From assembly GCA_043228905.1 (NCBI GenBank), contig JBHGNT010000004.1, positions 1,736,001 through 1,800,000 on the forward strand: a stretch of DNA of 64,000 nt, written 5' to 3'. Below, in pieces: positions 48,401 through 59,070 of the stretch. How positions within the stretch are numbered: the stretch's first letter is position 1; the number at the start of each line of letters is the position of its first letter. Origin of the DNA: Azolla caroliniana (taxonomy: Eukaryota > Plantae > Polypodiophyta). The notes under the pieces are model-generated. The model saw nothing but the letters and a program-made list of their open reading frames with translations, made no database searches and was not told the DNA's origin. A program made the position numbers and the translations under genes.

Positions 48401-48687
48401 TAGAGCCACTCCCATCTAAAATGTCGTACTATAAGAAACACTTCATGCACTTCTCTGAGTTAGGTTTTATCACACGGCCAAAATATCTAGATGTATTCTT
48501 ACCACATGCACTAAGGGTTGCAATTGGACAACTTAGAATATCGTCTCACCAACTTGAGATTGAAAATGGCCGTACTAGTGGAGTCCCTAGGGAGGAAAGG
48601 ATATGTAGGTTATGTCACATAGAGATAGAGGATGAGTACCACTTTACTTGCAAGTGTCCAACCTATGCCGAGATAAGGGCAAAATAG
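45499..48687 (+). CDS. LINE ORF2 (endonuclease/reverse transcriptase/zinc knuckle), 1062 aa open frame without its natural start
   Basis: ORF track 1062 aa with the motifs above. Confidence 0.9.
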   Translation: MVETHQSPNRGLPRVEGFRWESAFRQTSRRHTTRGSGGVAILFRRELHNRIEIMKIDPEARFMWVKVSTSKDHAVFFAICYFPPKGSRYNISGLTRLVDEGMPHGPSPYEPLSDDIIRYSSQGEVFLVGDFNARTQSRQCTVFQMNRNLEMVNVDPLDIGTTRRSKDQGADATSFGHHLLELGSRHQMVIYNGLAKWPGSEELTCFPHGGGESTVDYLIGRPTATHLINSFRVAPCPIGADHSFLYFELKCDISKVTKSSQPCHHTTIHFTHELSDIYSQHVQAHLPSINPSLPLESLSTKLTHILHSAAASSFPYTEHSNQGRSGSMPQNKWYDEDCRDLHRQLTISQLNGSITSTQARKEMRKTTRRKRRAWEASQYWELYHMLMSSDCATAWKRLREPRPQTPIEDPETWHTYTERLYQIPNQPPFPMPSTLRPTTGTLFTTSRVMKVIKKLQHRKSMDHTGLRAEHIIYARECLAPLLTLIFNRALAEGFPPQWTMNTVTPIHKGGDPMDPNTYRTIMIGHTLAKLYGAVMEAELSDYMETLNLRAPEQAGFRRAFSTIDHIFTLRCLIDQTRARKKRLYCCFVDFRKAFDTVPRDRLSDRLKSLRIPDDMVWAIYALYEQVSGCVQCPGGLSNRFTSTIGVKQGCPLSPTLFGIYIDEITDFIAREGGTGVVLGDTQVRILLYADDIVLLSESEHDLQRHLNALDDFCVQRGLVVNLGKMKVLIFHTSAQVRAKCHLTISHSPVEVVGSYVYLGVTFSARSGKFSMTQAAKDRLTRGHASLSLLERQCHQAHFQEPRTKGWLFDSLVTPSLMYASAVWAPGLPSFMWTQLERPLVMMLSRQLRSKSTVPHDIIRAEFTLPPMLVEALFQLVVFIDRIHSQPHDRISHQAFKASRSLYESGYTSSWYGMMVTWLLANGLDINNLPPLRYNHTSDNTLISHENRNKVIRQEIWQIYTRCKWITPLEPLPSKMSYYKKHFMHFSELGFITRPKYLDVFLPHALRVAIGQLRISSHQLEIENGRTSGVPREERICRLCHIEIEDEYHFTCKCPTYAEIRAK

Positions 48688-49323
48688 CAAGACATACTTG
48701 GTCCGTCTCCCACCCTCCCCAAACTATTAGATACTCTAGATATAAAGAAATTAGGCAAATACATTCTAGAGCTAAAACAACACAGAGAGAATAAATTACA
48801 AAATGTTGACAATAATGTTGCTAATGATCACGAACATGTAACAAATGCAGTTTTTCAGGAACCTGAGGAGACAACGAATGCCGACACACTTGCACCACTC
48901 GGCCTTTCCATTGATGAGGCAGAAAACCAGAGAAGAACCAGACGTCCTCGGGTGCCGGGTTTCAAAACAACTCAACGTGATGTGGACGCAATATTGAAAA
49001 TAAGGGAACGTGAGCTACATCGCCTAGAAGCCAGGGCTAGGGCACTCTCTACATTGGAACCCACATCAAGACCCTTTGACCCCCCACTTCTTTTCGAGAG
49101 GCTTGGGTGGAAATAAAATTAGGCTTAGTGTATAGTCACTTTCGAGTATACTACATATTGTACACTACTAGAACTCTTTTAGTTTAAGTTCTATTTTTTT
49201 TTACTTAATTTAATTTTAGTTATGATGACTGGATAAATACTCTATTGTTGTAAACCAATTGTCTCATGGGCCAAATTTGGCCTTAGAAGACGTTAATACA
49301 TCTTTCTTTCTTTCTTTCTTTCT
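45499..49323 (+). mobile_element. 5'-truncated LINE (RTE/RTE-X-like) inserted in the gypsy 3' LTR, (TTTC)n tail
   Basis: APE endonuclease (ETH, GDFNA, DYL, DH), RT (QGCPLSP, YADD, YLG), C-terminal CxxC..H..C; interrupts the CT-rich part of the LTR. Confidence 0.9.
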
Positions 49324-50902
49324 CATTTTCTCTCTTCCTCTCTCGTGAGTGTTACGCAGTCTCATCCTTTTAGTACTAATCCTCATAGTACTTCCCTTCT
49401 CTAGTACTAATTCTCTCTCTGTTTTAGTACTATTCCTGACAGCCGAACTTGTACAACATATTCAACACATGGTGTCGCTGAGAGAGCAATATGCCTTCGG
49501 GGGTGTGGATCACTTCGATCCCGAGGAAGTAATGAAGGTCCCCATTTCCTTCATTTCGAATGCATTCGACAATTGGGACTTCACTCGGCCGATTTCAGCA
49601 AGTTTGAGTCCGGTGATGACTAGATCATCTACATATAACAAGATACATACCGAACCATCCAAACCATTCTAGATGAACGGTGAAGAGTCGAACTTGGAGG
49701 CCGCAAACCCCATCTTACGCAATCGGTGCAGGATCTTCAAATTCAAAGCACGAGGGTCTTGCTTCAGGCCGTAAAGGGACTTTTTGAGTCAACATACTAC
49801 TGACTTGTTCATCTTCGACTGAAATCCGGGGGGGCTTGAAGAAACGCATTCTTCACGTCCATTTGGTGAAGATGCCACCCCCTTGCTGTAGCAACCACTA
49901 GCACCACACGAACCGTCATCATCTTTGCTATTGGAGCGAAGGTCTCATTGTAGTCGATTCCATGGGTTTGCGCATATCCCTTGGCCACTAACCGAACGTT
50001 GTACCGGTTGACTGAACCATCAGCATTATACTTTACCTTGTACACCCACTTGCAACCAATCGTCTTGCAATGTCAGGGAGGGTCAACCAGGTCCCATGTG
50101 TCATTGGCATCAAGTGCCCGCATTTCTTCCTCCATAGCGGCACACCATTGTGCGTCTTTGGGCGCTTCTGCGTAGCTCTCCGGCTCACGCATTTCTGCCA
50201 CCTTCGTCATGTACGTTGCCATAGTGATGCACCATGTACTCATTATAACCATATCGTTTGACAGGGTTCTTCTGGCGGGTCGATCGACGCAATTTTTGCT
50301 TTGCCGATTTCTTGGCCTTCTTGGCCGACTCAGACTTCTCTTCCGAAGGTCCGTCTTCATTTTTCCCGGAGTCGGTCTCGCTCTGATCCGACTCGTCTCT
50401 GTCGGTGTCATACTCCGAGATCTTCTTCTTCCCCTTCTCTTTGCGCATGAACCGTCTCCTTGGTTCCTTGCACGGGGAAAGCACGGTTGAGTCTCTGCTA
50501 CTCGCCGACTCTTCATTTGACTAGTCGTTCCGACTCAGTCGCTCATTCGACCCACTTAGCCAGAATGAGATCGGACTCTCATCCATAGTACCGAATCCTT
50601 CATCTTCTGCCCGGATCATTTCGGGCTCACTGTCGAAATGAGAGTTCCACTCGGTTGTCAAGGATTCCCTCCTCTAAGACCTTTCGTAGGTCTATCGACT
50701 TCTCAATCTCCGAGCTCAGCCAAAAACTCGAAAAACTTCCCTTCCCCTTTTCCTGCAGGTCGGTCGGACCACCATCGTTCTTCTTCGACTCGCTCCCAAT
50801 GTCATACCTACCTGAGGGGCCTGCTCCTTTCGTCTTTCCAACCCATTTGTCTTCTACCAAAACTTCGTAGTTCTGGCATGCAACTTCTACGAAGTTGGTC
50901 CA

Positions 50903-53900
50903 TGTTGTAGACAGAGGTCGTCTATGCGGAAGATCAAGAAGCATTCGATTGGTGTTTGAATACCTGCGTATGACAGTTTCTAGGTCGTTGCACAAAGAGA
51001 GAGAGAGAGACACACACAAAAGACTTTCTATTCAATAGAAACAATAATACAACACCCAACCTTACAAAAAGGTTACAAGGTCACTATATATAGTGACCGA
51101 CTTAGGGCAACTACCCTTTATGATAATTACACAAATGCCCCAAACTTGGGCTATAGAAAGGGATAGTGTGAATACGTCCATTATACACTTGTATTCGACA
51201 CTCCCCCGTAATGGGCGTATACATGGGTTATCTAAGATTACAGGTATAGACTTAGGTTCTCGGACATATCAGCTTTGTTCGGGTCGGCAGGGTCCGAAGG
51301 TAGAAGACCGAACTGGTCGGGTCGGAACAGTTGAAGCCGATCATTAAGGAACTGATGTCGGTTGTCGGGAACCATCCTGCTCTGTGTCCGGCTCTAACCG
51401 GACTGGTTTGTCGTTACGCCCATCTGATGCCGAAGAGACCGAAAACGGTCTGCCGAAAGACACTTGGTCATTCCATCTACGACATTGTCGGTTGTGGATA
51501 TTTTCTCTAGACCGATTTTCCCTGAAATGACGCAGTCCCGAACGAAGTGATATCGAACGTCGATATGTTTGGAGGCGTTGTGGTGAACCGGATTTTTCGA
51601 CAGGGCAACAACACCTTGACTGTCGCTGTAGACAACTGGAGCTGAGTCATGGTCGACTTGTCGAAACGTGTGCGCCAGCCGACCGAGCCACAAAGCTTCT
51701 TTTGCTGCGTCGGACGCAGCTACATATTCTGCTTCGGTCGTTGAGGTCGCTGTGCACTCCTGAAGTTTCGACTTCCACGAGATTGCTCCATTGCCGAATT
51801 TGAAGCAGTATCCGGTTGTTGATTTCCGACTGTCTATACAGCCGGCGAAATCCGAGTCGGTGTAACCGACTACGCCTGAGGTTCGGTTCGGACCGAAAAG
51901 AATGCCGTGGTCTTTTGTGCCAGCCAGATATCTGAACACATGCTTGACTGCGTTCCAATGCGATCGGCTAGGATTGTGCATAAATCTGCTAACGACTCCT
52001 ACGGCGTGAGAAATATCAGGCCGTGTCGCGACCATCAGGTACATAAGGGAGCCGACTGCCGGTGCATACGGTACCGACTTCATATCTTCCCCCTCCGGAC
52101 CGGATGTCGGGCAGTCTCGCTGAGAGAGCCGAAGATTCATGGGGAGCGGGGTTGAAGCAGATTTGGCTGATTGCATGTTGAAGCGTTCCAAGACACGTCC
52201 GATATAGTCGGTCTGAGACAAAAAAAGATGTCGTTTATCGCGATGCCGACTAATTTTCATGCCAAGGATGTGTCGTGCCGGACCGAGGTCCTTCATGGCA
52301 AACTTCAACCGCAGTTGCCGAACGAGATCGGCAAGTTCGCCCGCGTGGCGTCCAGAAAGGAGCATGTCGTCCACGTAAATGATGAGGAAGATGGGTGATC
52401 CATCTTGAGCTGTGTTGGTAAAGAGACAATGGTCCTCATCGCTTTTTGAGAAGCCGATCGATTGGACGAAGTCGTCGAACTTCTTGTACCATTGTCGCGG
52501 TGCCTGTTTGAGGCCGTATAGACTCTTCCTGAGTCGGCAGACTAGATGTTCTTGGCCAGTTGCCACGAAGCCTTTTGGCTGCTCCATATAAATTTCCTCC
52601 TCGAGATCACCATGGAGGAAGGCTGTTTTGACATCTAGCTGAATCAGCTCCAAGTTGTCGGCTGCCACTACGCCGAGTAGAAAACGAAGGGTTGTCATTT
52701 TCACCACTGGTGAAAAAATCTCGTCGAAGTCGACGCCATATTCTTGTCGGAAGCCCTTCGCAACTAATCTGGCCTTGTACTTTGGGGTGGTCGAATCAGA
52801 CGTCTCTTTTAGTCGATAAACCCACTTGCAAGGAAGAGCACGTCGGTTCCTAGGTAATTCGACCAGATCCCAAGTCTTGTTTGCCCGAATGGAGTGCATT
52901 TCCGACTCCATCGCCAGATGCCAGGTGGCGGAATCGACAGATGTCGATGCTTCTTCGTAAGACGTCGGTTCGCCGGCGTCGGTGAAGAAAATTCCAGGAG
53001 AGTACCTCTCCGGAGGTTGCGACAGTCTCTCGGATCGTCGAGGTATGATTGGACTGGTCGCATCGGGTATCGAGGTCGGATGGTCCGAAAGCGGATTGTT
53101 CTGCTGTGCCGAGTCGGAGTTGTCCGAGTCGGTAGTGTAAGGTTCAGCTACCCGTGAAGCTGACCGTGTGTTGAGAGCGGGGCCTTCTTGAAGGGTCGGC
53201 ACATCGGAAAACGTTACCCTTCGGACTTCGATCGGTTTTTCGACTGATGGATTCATAGCCGACTCGTTGAACACAACGTCCGAACTTCGAACGATTTGCC
53301 TGCGTTCGGGGTCCCAGAGTCGGTATCCCATTTCGCCGTCGGATCCATATCCAAGGAAAATGCATTTCCTGGACCGAGGTGCAAGTTTTCGGCGATCATC
53401 TTTCGGAATAAGGGCGTACGCCTCGCATCCGAAGATCCTCAGCTTGTCGTAATTCGGCTTACTGCCGATCCATAGTTCCTGAGGAATTTGAAGTCCTAGA
53501 GGTCTACTTGGCGACATATTGATTATGTGTACTGCCGTGAGTAGAGCCTCTGCCCAGAAGCCATCCGACAGTCCGGAGTGTTGGAGCATGGAAACTATCC
53601 GTTCTTGGATTGTCCGATTCATTCGTTCTGCAATCCCGTTTTGCTCCGGACTGTGTGGTGCCGTAAATTCACGTCGGATGCCGCGTTGTCGGCAGAATTT
53701 GACGAATTCTTCGGATTTGAACTCTCCCCCATTGTCTGTCCGAAAGCATTTCAGCTTTCGGTCGGTTTGATTTTCTACCATAGCGAGCCAATCGGAGAAG
53801 ATCGAGAAGACACGATCTTTGGTGCGAATTGGATAAGCCCACACCTTTCGAGTCGAATCGTCAATAAAACTGACGAAGTAAGAGGCACCGCCAAGAGACT

Positions 53901-56409
53901 GATGCGGCATTGGGCCACAGACGTCCGAGTGGACCAAATCGAGAGGTCTCGTTTCTCTTGGTGCTGATGTCGGGTGTGATGCGGCTGCTTGTTTGCCATA
54001 CTGGCAATGCTCGCAGAATTGATGGTCGGAGAAGGAGAGTTTAGGGATGTATCCGGCTCTAGATAGGTGCGTGATGCCGGCCTTGTTGAGGTGTCCTAAT
54101 CTTCTGTGCCATAGTGATGACACAGGAATATCCACCAAAAACAGGTTACCCTCTCTGAGCGTAACATGTAACGGATACAGTGAGTGTATCTTGGGTCCTC
54201 TAGCAAGCAGGAGGTTCCCCCTGTGGAGTGTCCACCCTCCCGAAGAAAAACCGGCACGAATGCCGTCTTCATCTAGTTGTCCGACTGAGATCAATGGCCT
54301 TGAGAGCTCGGGTACATGTCGGACATTGTGGAGTACAAGTGTAGAGCCACCTGCAAGGTTGAGCTCTACTGTGCCGATTCCGATGATGTCACAGTGTTGC
54401 GAGTTACCGACTCGAACTGAGTCGGAGTGACGGATCGTATATTGCCGGAATTGGGATCGATGAGGAGTCACGTGAAATGACGCGCCCGAATCTAAGAGCC
54501 ATGTGCTCGATTCTTCAGTCGTGAGCAGAACTTCTGATCCGACTGGATTTTCGATTGATAGTATATTCGGGTCGTCTGGTAGCACATCAGCTGAGAAGCT
54601 GACGTAATTGATCTCCTCATGCCGGCCACTCTTCTTGTCGGATCTCTGAGACTTGTCGTTCTTGTTCTTGAGTGCGCGGCAGTCGGCTTTGATGTGTCCG
54701 GGTTTCTTGCAGTAGTTGCAGATTCGGTTATCCCGTGACTGGCTCCGTCTTCGCTGATTGTTCGGCGGCCGTGAGGAATCTCTTCCTCGTATGTTCGATC
54801 GGTCTGTCGAACCTTGTACTACATAAGCGTCGTCTGTTGAGTCTTTGGCGAAAGACTTTCTCCGAGCTGCTTCGGTCAGGATTGCGCTCGTGACTTCGGA
54901 GTATTTAACAGCCGTGGTTGACGCGTTGCACACAGTTGTGACGAAAGTTTCCCATGATGAGGGAAGGCTGCTCATGAGTATCATTGCTCTGAGTTCATCC
55001 TCGATTGCCGTCCCCTGTGACGAGATTTGGGAGCTTATGCTTTCGTACTCATTGAGGTGTGCTTGAACCGAATCGGATTCTTTCATCCGCAAGTTGTAGA
55101 GGCGCCGGATCAGAAACATCTTTGTTGCAGCGACCTTCTTTTCGTAAGTGTCCGACAGAGTTTTCCACAGTTCGAATGCTGTCGTACACGATTGCACCGT
55201 AAAGTATACCGATTCCGATAGGTGCATCCGAATCGTGGCGCGGACGATTCTGTCCAGCTTCTGCCACTCAATTGGTTTGTATCCTTCTGGAGGTTCTTCA
55301 TTTTCGATGGGATCGATTTGCCCCTTGACTATGAGATAGTCCTGCATTTGTTCCTTCCAGAAGTTGAAGTTCGATCCATCGAACTTTCGTAGACTCATTT
55401 CTGACGAGCCGGATGTTGATGCCATCGAATTTGGTTTCGGTTGACGAAGCTCGGTTCGGAGTTGACTACGAACCTTGTTGGAGTGCAGCCGGTTGGCTCA
55501 CCCGATATCGTTCTAGTCGGATTTGAACCCGAGTCGGTTCGGCTTCGGATATATGTATTGTTGAACTTGCTCGAATTGACTCCGGTAGCTTGAGGGACAG
55601 AACCGACTGGTCTTCCCGAATGTTGCCGAGTCGGAGTGAGCCCGGTTCGCTTCGGATATATATGCCGAATACCGATTATTGAAACCAATTATCTGGACCG
55701 ATTCTGCTTCGGGTGGCTGCAGCGACGAGAGAGACAGATCCAACTGATCCTCCCGAATGTCGATCAGTCGAATGAAGCACGAATTGGGGTTGTTGTCTTG
55801 AGACCGATCTGCACCGAGTGGTTACAATGAGCGGCGTTTGTTGACCTCTTCGGATGCCGTTTAACCGAGTGGAGCACGATCGTGTCAATGTTGCACAAGG
55901 GGATTTCACCTCGAGTGGTTACGATCACAAGGAACAGAGTACAACCTGCTGGTTTACTCCAAGCGAAGATGATCTAACGCGATGAGATGCAAGCCTCGTT
56001 TTTCTTCTTCTCTCTTCTTCGAATGACGCAGGAAACCGAATGCTGTGCAGGCTGAGACGACGGCCGACAGCGGATTGAAGAACCGAATACTGTGCAGGCT
56101 CTGATACCAGATGTTGTAGACAGAGGTCGTCTATGCGGAAGATCAAGAAGCATTCGATTGGTGTTTGAATACCTGCGTATGACAGTTTCTAGGTCGTTGC
56201 ACAAAGAGAGAGAGAGAGAGAGACACAAAAGACTTTCTATTCAATAGAAACAATAATACAACACCCAACCTTACAAAAAGGTTACAAGGTCACTATATAT
56301 AGTGACCGACTTAGGGCAACTACCCTTTATGATAATTACACAAATGCCCCAAACTTGGGCTATAGAAAGGGATAGTGTGAATACGTCCATTATACACTTG
56401 TATTCGACA
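50903..56409 (-). mobile_element. Intact, very young Ty1/copia LTR retrotransposon
   Basis: 298-bp LTRs 50903-51200 and 56112-56409, identical by eye except in a GA/CA microsatellite; TSD GTCCA; PBS tggtatcagagc (56109-56098); PPT at 51201; uninterrupted gag-pol. Confidence 0.98.
51394..55425 (-). CDS. Copia Gag-Pol polyprotein (1343 aa)
   Basis: CCHC knuckle (CNYCKKPGHIKADC), WLLDSGAS, WHRRLGH, integrase DDE, RT YVDD, RNaseH DSDFAG..KHIDVRYH. Confidence 0.98.
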   Translation of the reverse strand: MASTSGSSEMSLRKFDGSNFNFWKEQMQDYLIVKGQIDPIENEEPPEGYKPIEWQKLDRIVRATIRMHLSESVYFTVQSCTTAFELWKTLSDTYEKKVAATKMFLIRRLYNLRMKESDSVQAHLNEYESISSQISSQGTAIEDELRAMILMSSLPSSWETFVTTVCNASTTAVKYSEVTSAILTEAARRKSFAKDSTDDAYVVQGSTDRSNIRGRDSSRPPNNQRRRSQSRDNRICNYCKKPGHIKADCRALKNKNDKSQRSDKKSGRHEEINYVSFSADVLPDDPNILSIENPVGSEVLLTTEESSTWLLDSGASFHVTPHRSQFRQYTIRHSDSVRVGNSQHCDIIGIGTVELNLAGGSTLVLHNVRHVPELSRPLISVGQLDEDGIRAGFSSGGWTLHRGNLLLARGPKIHSLYPLHVTLREGNLFLVDIPVSSLWHRRLGHLNKAGITHLSRAGYIPKLSFSDHQFCEHCQYGKQAAASHPTSAPRETRPLDLVHSDVCGPMPHQSLGGASYFVSFIDDSTRKVWAYPIRTKDRVFSIFSDWLAMVENQTDRKLKCFRTDNGGEFKSEEFVKFCRQRGIRREFTAPHSPEQNGIAERMNRTIQERIVSMLQHSGLSDGFWAEALLTAVHIINMSPSRPLGLQIPQELWIGSKPNYDKLRIFGCEAYALIPKDDRRKLAPRSRKCIFLGYGSDGEMGYRLWDPERRQIVRSSDVVFNESAMNPSVEKPIEVRRVTFSDVPTLQEGPALNTRSASRVAEPYTTDSDNSDSAQQNNPLSDHPTSIPDATSPIIPRRSERLSQPPERYSPGIFFTDAGEPTSYEEASTSVDSATWHLAMESEMHSIRANKTWDLVELPRNRRALPCKWVYRLKETSDSTTPKYKARLVAKGFRQEYGVDFDEIFSPVVKMTTLRFLLGVVAADNLELIQLDVKTAFLHGDLEEEIYMEQPKGFVATGQEHLVCRLRKSLYGLKQAPRQWYKKFDDFVQSIGFSKSDEDHCLFTNTAQDGSPIFLIIYVDDMLLSGRHAGELADLVRQLRLKFAMKDLGPARHILGMKISRHRDKRHLFLSQTDYIGRVLERFNMQSAKSASTPLPMNLRLSQRDCPTSGPEGEDMKSVPYAPAVGSLMYLMVATRPDISHAVGVVSRFMHNPSRSHWNAVKHVFRYLAGTKDHGILFGPNRTSGVVGYTDSDFAGCIDSRKSTTGYCFKFGNGAISWKSKLQECTATSTTEAEYVAASDAAKEALWLGRLAHTFRQVDHDSAPVVYSDSQGVVALSKNPVHHNASKHIDVRYHFVRDCVISGKIGLEKISTTDNVVDGMTKCLSADRFRSLRHQMGVTTNQSG

Positions 56410-56815
56410 GTCCATTCCTCTACCGGGTCGCTCCACCTAGTAACTTATTGAACTCGCCTCTTCGAGCGATCTGCTTCCTCCTTCATCAACTTCTTTTTGG
56501 TGAAACCTTCCAACACTACCAGCCAAAATTCAACGCCTCTTCCTGTCTTGGCATTCTCCCCTCTGACCCGGATACCAACCGATGTTGAGTAGTGGACGGT
56601 TTTGACATGTCGTGCCGCAACCTCCTCAATTAACCTCTTCATGTTGCCTCATTCGGTATTTATCTCAAGGAGCCTTTGTGTTTCACTTGCATTGTCACGG
56701 AAATCCGCACATACGTGTCGGCGTGGGCGGGACCATGGGGGTCTTGGACTTGGGAGTAAAAGGGGAAATGGAAGCTCAACCCTTACAGCCTCCGAGCTCG
56801 AAAGGATAGGAACAA

Positions 56816-59070
56816 TGTTCAAAGGATTAACACAACAAACTAACTGAGACAAGGTTCATCAAACAAATTCCATTACGAGGCACAAACGCCACAATATGAT
56901 TACAATCGCGACCATATAGGCCGAACTCAACCACAACCAGAAGAAAAACTAACCGAATTGGAAGAAGAACTAAACCCTAATTGAGGGATGTAAATGATTA
57001 CTTGCGGAAGCGTTAGAAAATAGAGAAGGTAGGGAATACATAGAGTACACGGGAGAGACAGAGAGAGCAGAACTTCAAGTCTATATTCAAAAACAATAAA
57101 AACACTCTGTACATACAACTATGCTCAGTAGCATTATTTATACAAGTCCTCGTGGGGCTGACAGAAGTACCACGTACTTCAATGCTCACACGAGCATCTG
57201 ACACTTACTACGAGACTATAATTGCCTAGTAGTCTACACTAATACTAGGCTTCTGGTTACTAATTGGATCCGGCTAACCGGCTCCCCAGCTCACCGGCTT
57301 TGTTGCTTGCCGGCTCGGTTGCTCACAGCTTACCGATCCGTCTCGCTTGCCGGCTCAGGCTTATTCAGCCGATACGGCTCCAGTTGAGCTTGCCGCTCAA
57401 CACTCCCCCTCAAGCTCAACTTGAGGTTGGATCTTAGTGTCAGTCTCTGTGGCAGCCGATTCTTCCAACCGACTTCTCCTGGCGTCGCTTCGTCTTGCTC
57501 GCGCTCCTCGTTCGGTCCAATCCCGTTTGCCGCGACCCTTCTGGTTCTGCGCGCCTCGACCTTCTCGGTCGGCATGTCTGCTCAATAGGCCCCTCTCAGC
57601 TCCTTCGTTGTTATGACTCCGGTGCTTATCGATCTGTCGGTTTCTCCACGATGGCATCAACTTCCGTTGCATCCGTGTCTGCTTGGCCTTGTATTGATCC
57701 GGTTCTTTTGAATCTGTCTATTGAACCGAATCGACTATCTCCAATTCGTTCCAGCTCTTGTCCGAATCGGTTGCTCCCGATTCGTCTTCTGGTTCCAAGC
57801 CCATTACCACATCAGACCATGTTCAAGTCTTGGCCTTCTTCCTTCGGTCGGCTCTATCCTTCTTGACTCTGCCACCTTCTGTTCTTCCTTCACCGACGCA
57901 ATCGGCAGTCTCTTTGCTTTTGCCCGTTCCGGTGTCTCTACCCGTTCTCCCCCTCAAGTGTGGCACGTCGAGATGCTGAACACCAAGCATGTCAGTAAAG
58001 TGCTCCAACTTGTCCGATCCGAGCGGCTTGGTGAAGATGTCGGCAACTTGGCGATCCGTGTGAACATACCGTAGTTCAACTTCACCGCTCAGGACCCGCT
58101 CACGCACAAAGTGATAATGCACTTCTATGTGCTTCGTGCGAGCATGGAACACAGGGTTCTTGGCGAGTTGTGTTACCGGGCGGCAAAGGAGTCCAAAGTG
58201 GGAAACAGAGAGTTATTTAAGTAGTAGGAATGTGGTTGTAATTAAGCTATGAGTGTGGACGGACGGACCGGAATCGGTATGTCGTTCCGGATCCGGACCG
58301 ATCCCGAACAGGTGCGGATGGCACCGTTTTGTAATACAGACCGGAAACCTATTTAAAGGCCCGGATACAATGTAATGAATGGCGGTTAATTAATAAAAGC
58401 TTAGCGTTGTTATCTCTCTGTGTTAATTGTCGTTCTGTCTTAATTGTTATATCTTACGCGTGTGATTAAGAAAGACGATCATGCTAAGTAACTTAATTAA
58501 GTCGGATTAAGCGTTGAGTCTAATCCGGTTGCCGTAACACCCTTTGGTGAAGTGTCTTCCGTAGACACTCTGTGTTAGGCCATTGTCCGGCCCTAAGAGT
58601 TAACAAGTTGCATGCTGCTTATGTTGTCGCAGTAGACCAGAATCGGGGTCGGTACCTCGATCCGTAAGTCTTACAGCAGTCGCCGAAGCTAAATGGCTTC
58701 AAAGGTGGCAATGGTAGCGCCCCGATACTCAGCCTCAGTGCTCGACAGAGCAACTGTTGGTTGCTTTTTGCTGCTCCATGCAACAGTCGCACTACCTAGG
58801 GAAAACATATAATCGAAGGTTGATCGGCGATCGGATGCATCGCCGGCCCAGTCGGTATTCGTGTAACCGACGAGCTCTTCGGTTATACCTCGCCGGTATA
58901 ACAGTCCCCGGTCCTTCATGCCGCTTACATATCGCAGTATCCGTTGCGCGCATTGAAGGTGCTCCATGGTCGGCTTCTACATGAACTGACTTATCATTCC
59001 GACCGGATAGCTGATGTCAGGGCGTGTGATAGTCAGGTAAATAAGGCTTCCAACAACTTGTCGGAACCGT
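56816..59070 (-). mobile_element. 3' half of a Ty1/copia element (RT C-terminus, RNaseH, 3' UTR, PPT, LTR 56816-57402)
   Basis: RFRQVVGSLIYLT, YTNTDWAG, KHIEVHYHFVRE; PPT gagggggag adjacent to LTR end at 57402; LTR begins tgttca at 56816. Confidence 0.88.
58171..58605. mobile_element. Solo LTR
   Basis: tgtta...taaca termini with perfect TSD AGTTG (58166-58170, 58606-58610), splitting the host RNaseH frame. Confidence 0.9.

Larger units (their letters stand above)
38805..49441 (+). mobile_element. Chromodomain-containing Ty3/gypsy (chromovirus, Tcn1-like) LTR retrotransposon, degraded, with nested insertions
   Basis: 5' LTR 38805-39249; 3' LTR 45171-45498 + ~49322-49441 (split by a LINE); perfect TSD GCCGA (38800-38804, 49442-49446); PPT gaaggggggatag; gag from 39316, protease (LLDFGANSCF), RT (YLDD), RNaseH, integrase (HPQTDGQAER), chromodomain (EYEVSAI..YLVDW..TWEP). 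Clade assignment is inference. Confidence 0.92.
38714..50630 (-). mobile_element. Host Ty1/copia fragment (integrase-RT linker + RT), split by the gypsy insertion: 38714-38804 and 49442-50630
   Basis: EPESYAEA..WCAAMEEEMRALDANDTWDLV, RLVAKGYAQTHGIDYNETFAP, MDVKNAFL; reading continues across the GCCGA TSD (..YKFG|MTDCRLVSTPLD..). Confidence 0.85.
50631..56815 (-). mobile_element. Remnant of an unassigned (probably gypsy gag-region) element, 50631-50902 + 56410-56815, host of two copia insertions
   Basis: Reading frame continues across the GTCCA TSD (..DPVEEW|TNFVEVAC..KSIDLRKVLEEGILDNRVEL); contains stops; family is inference. Confidence 0.5.

Noticed and set aside
51647-55339. Many overlapping antisense and alternative-frame ORFs, repeated at 61373-63977
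   Set aside because: Shadow ORFs of a GC-rich gag-pol; their recurrence only reflects near-identity of the two copies.
38714-59070. Copia pieces ending (38714) and starting (59070) at almost the same RT motif as two halves of one element
   Set aside because: Their order on the minus strand is wrong for a simple nested insertion, the overlapping bases differ, and no shared TSD is visible; treated as separate copies.
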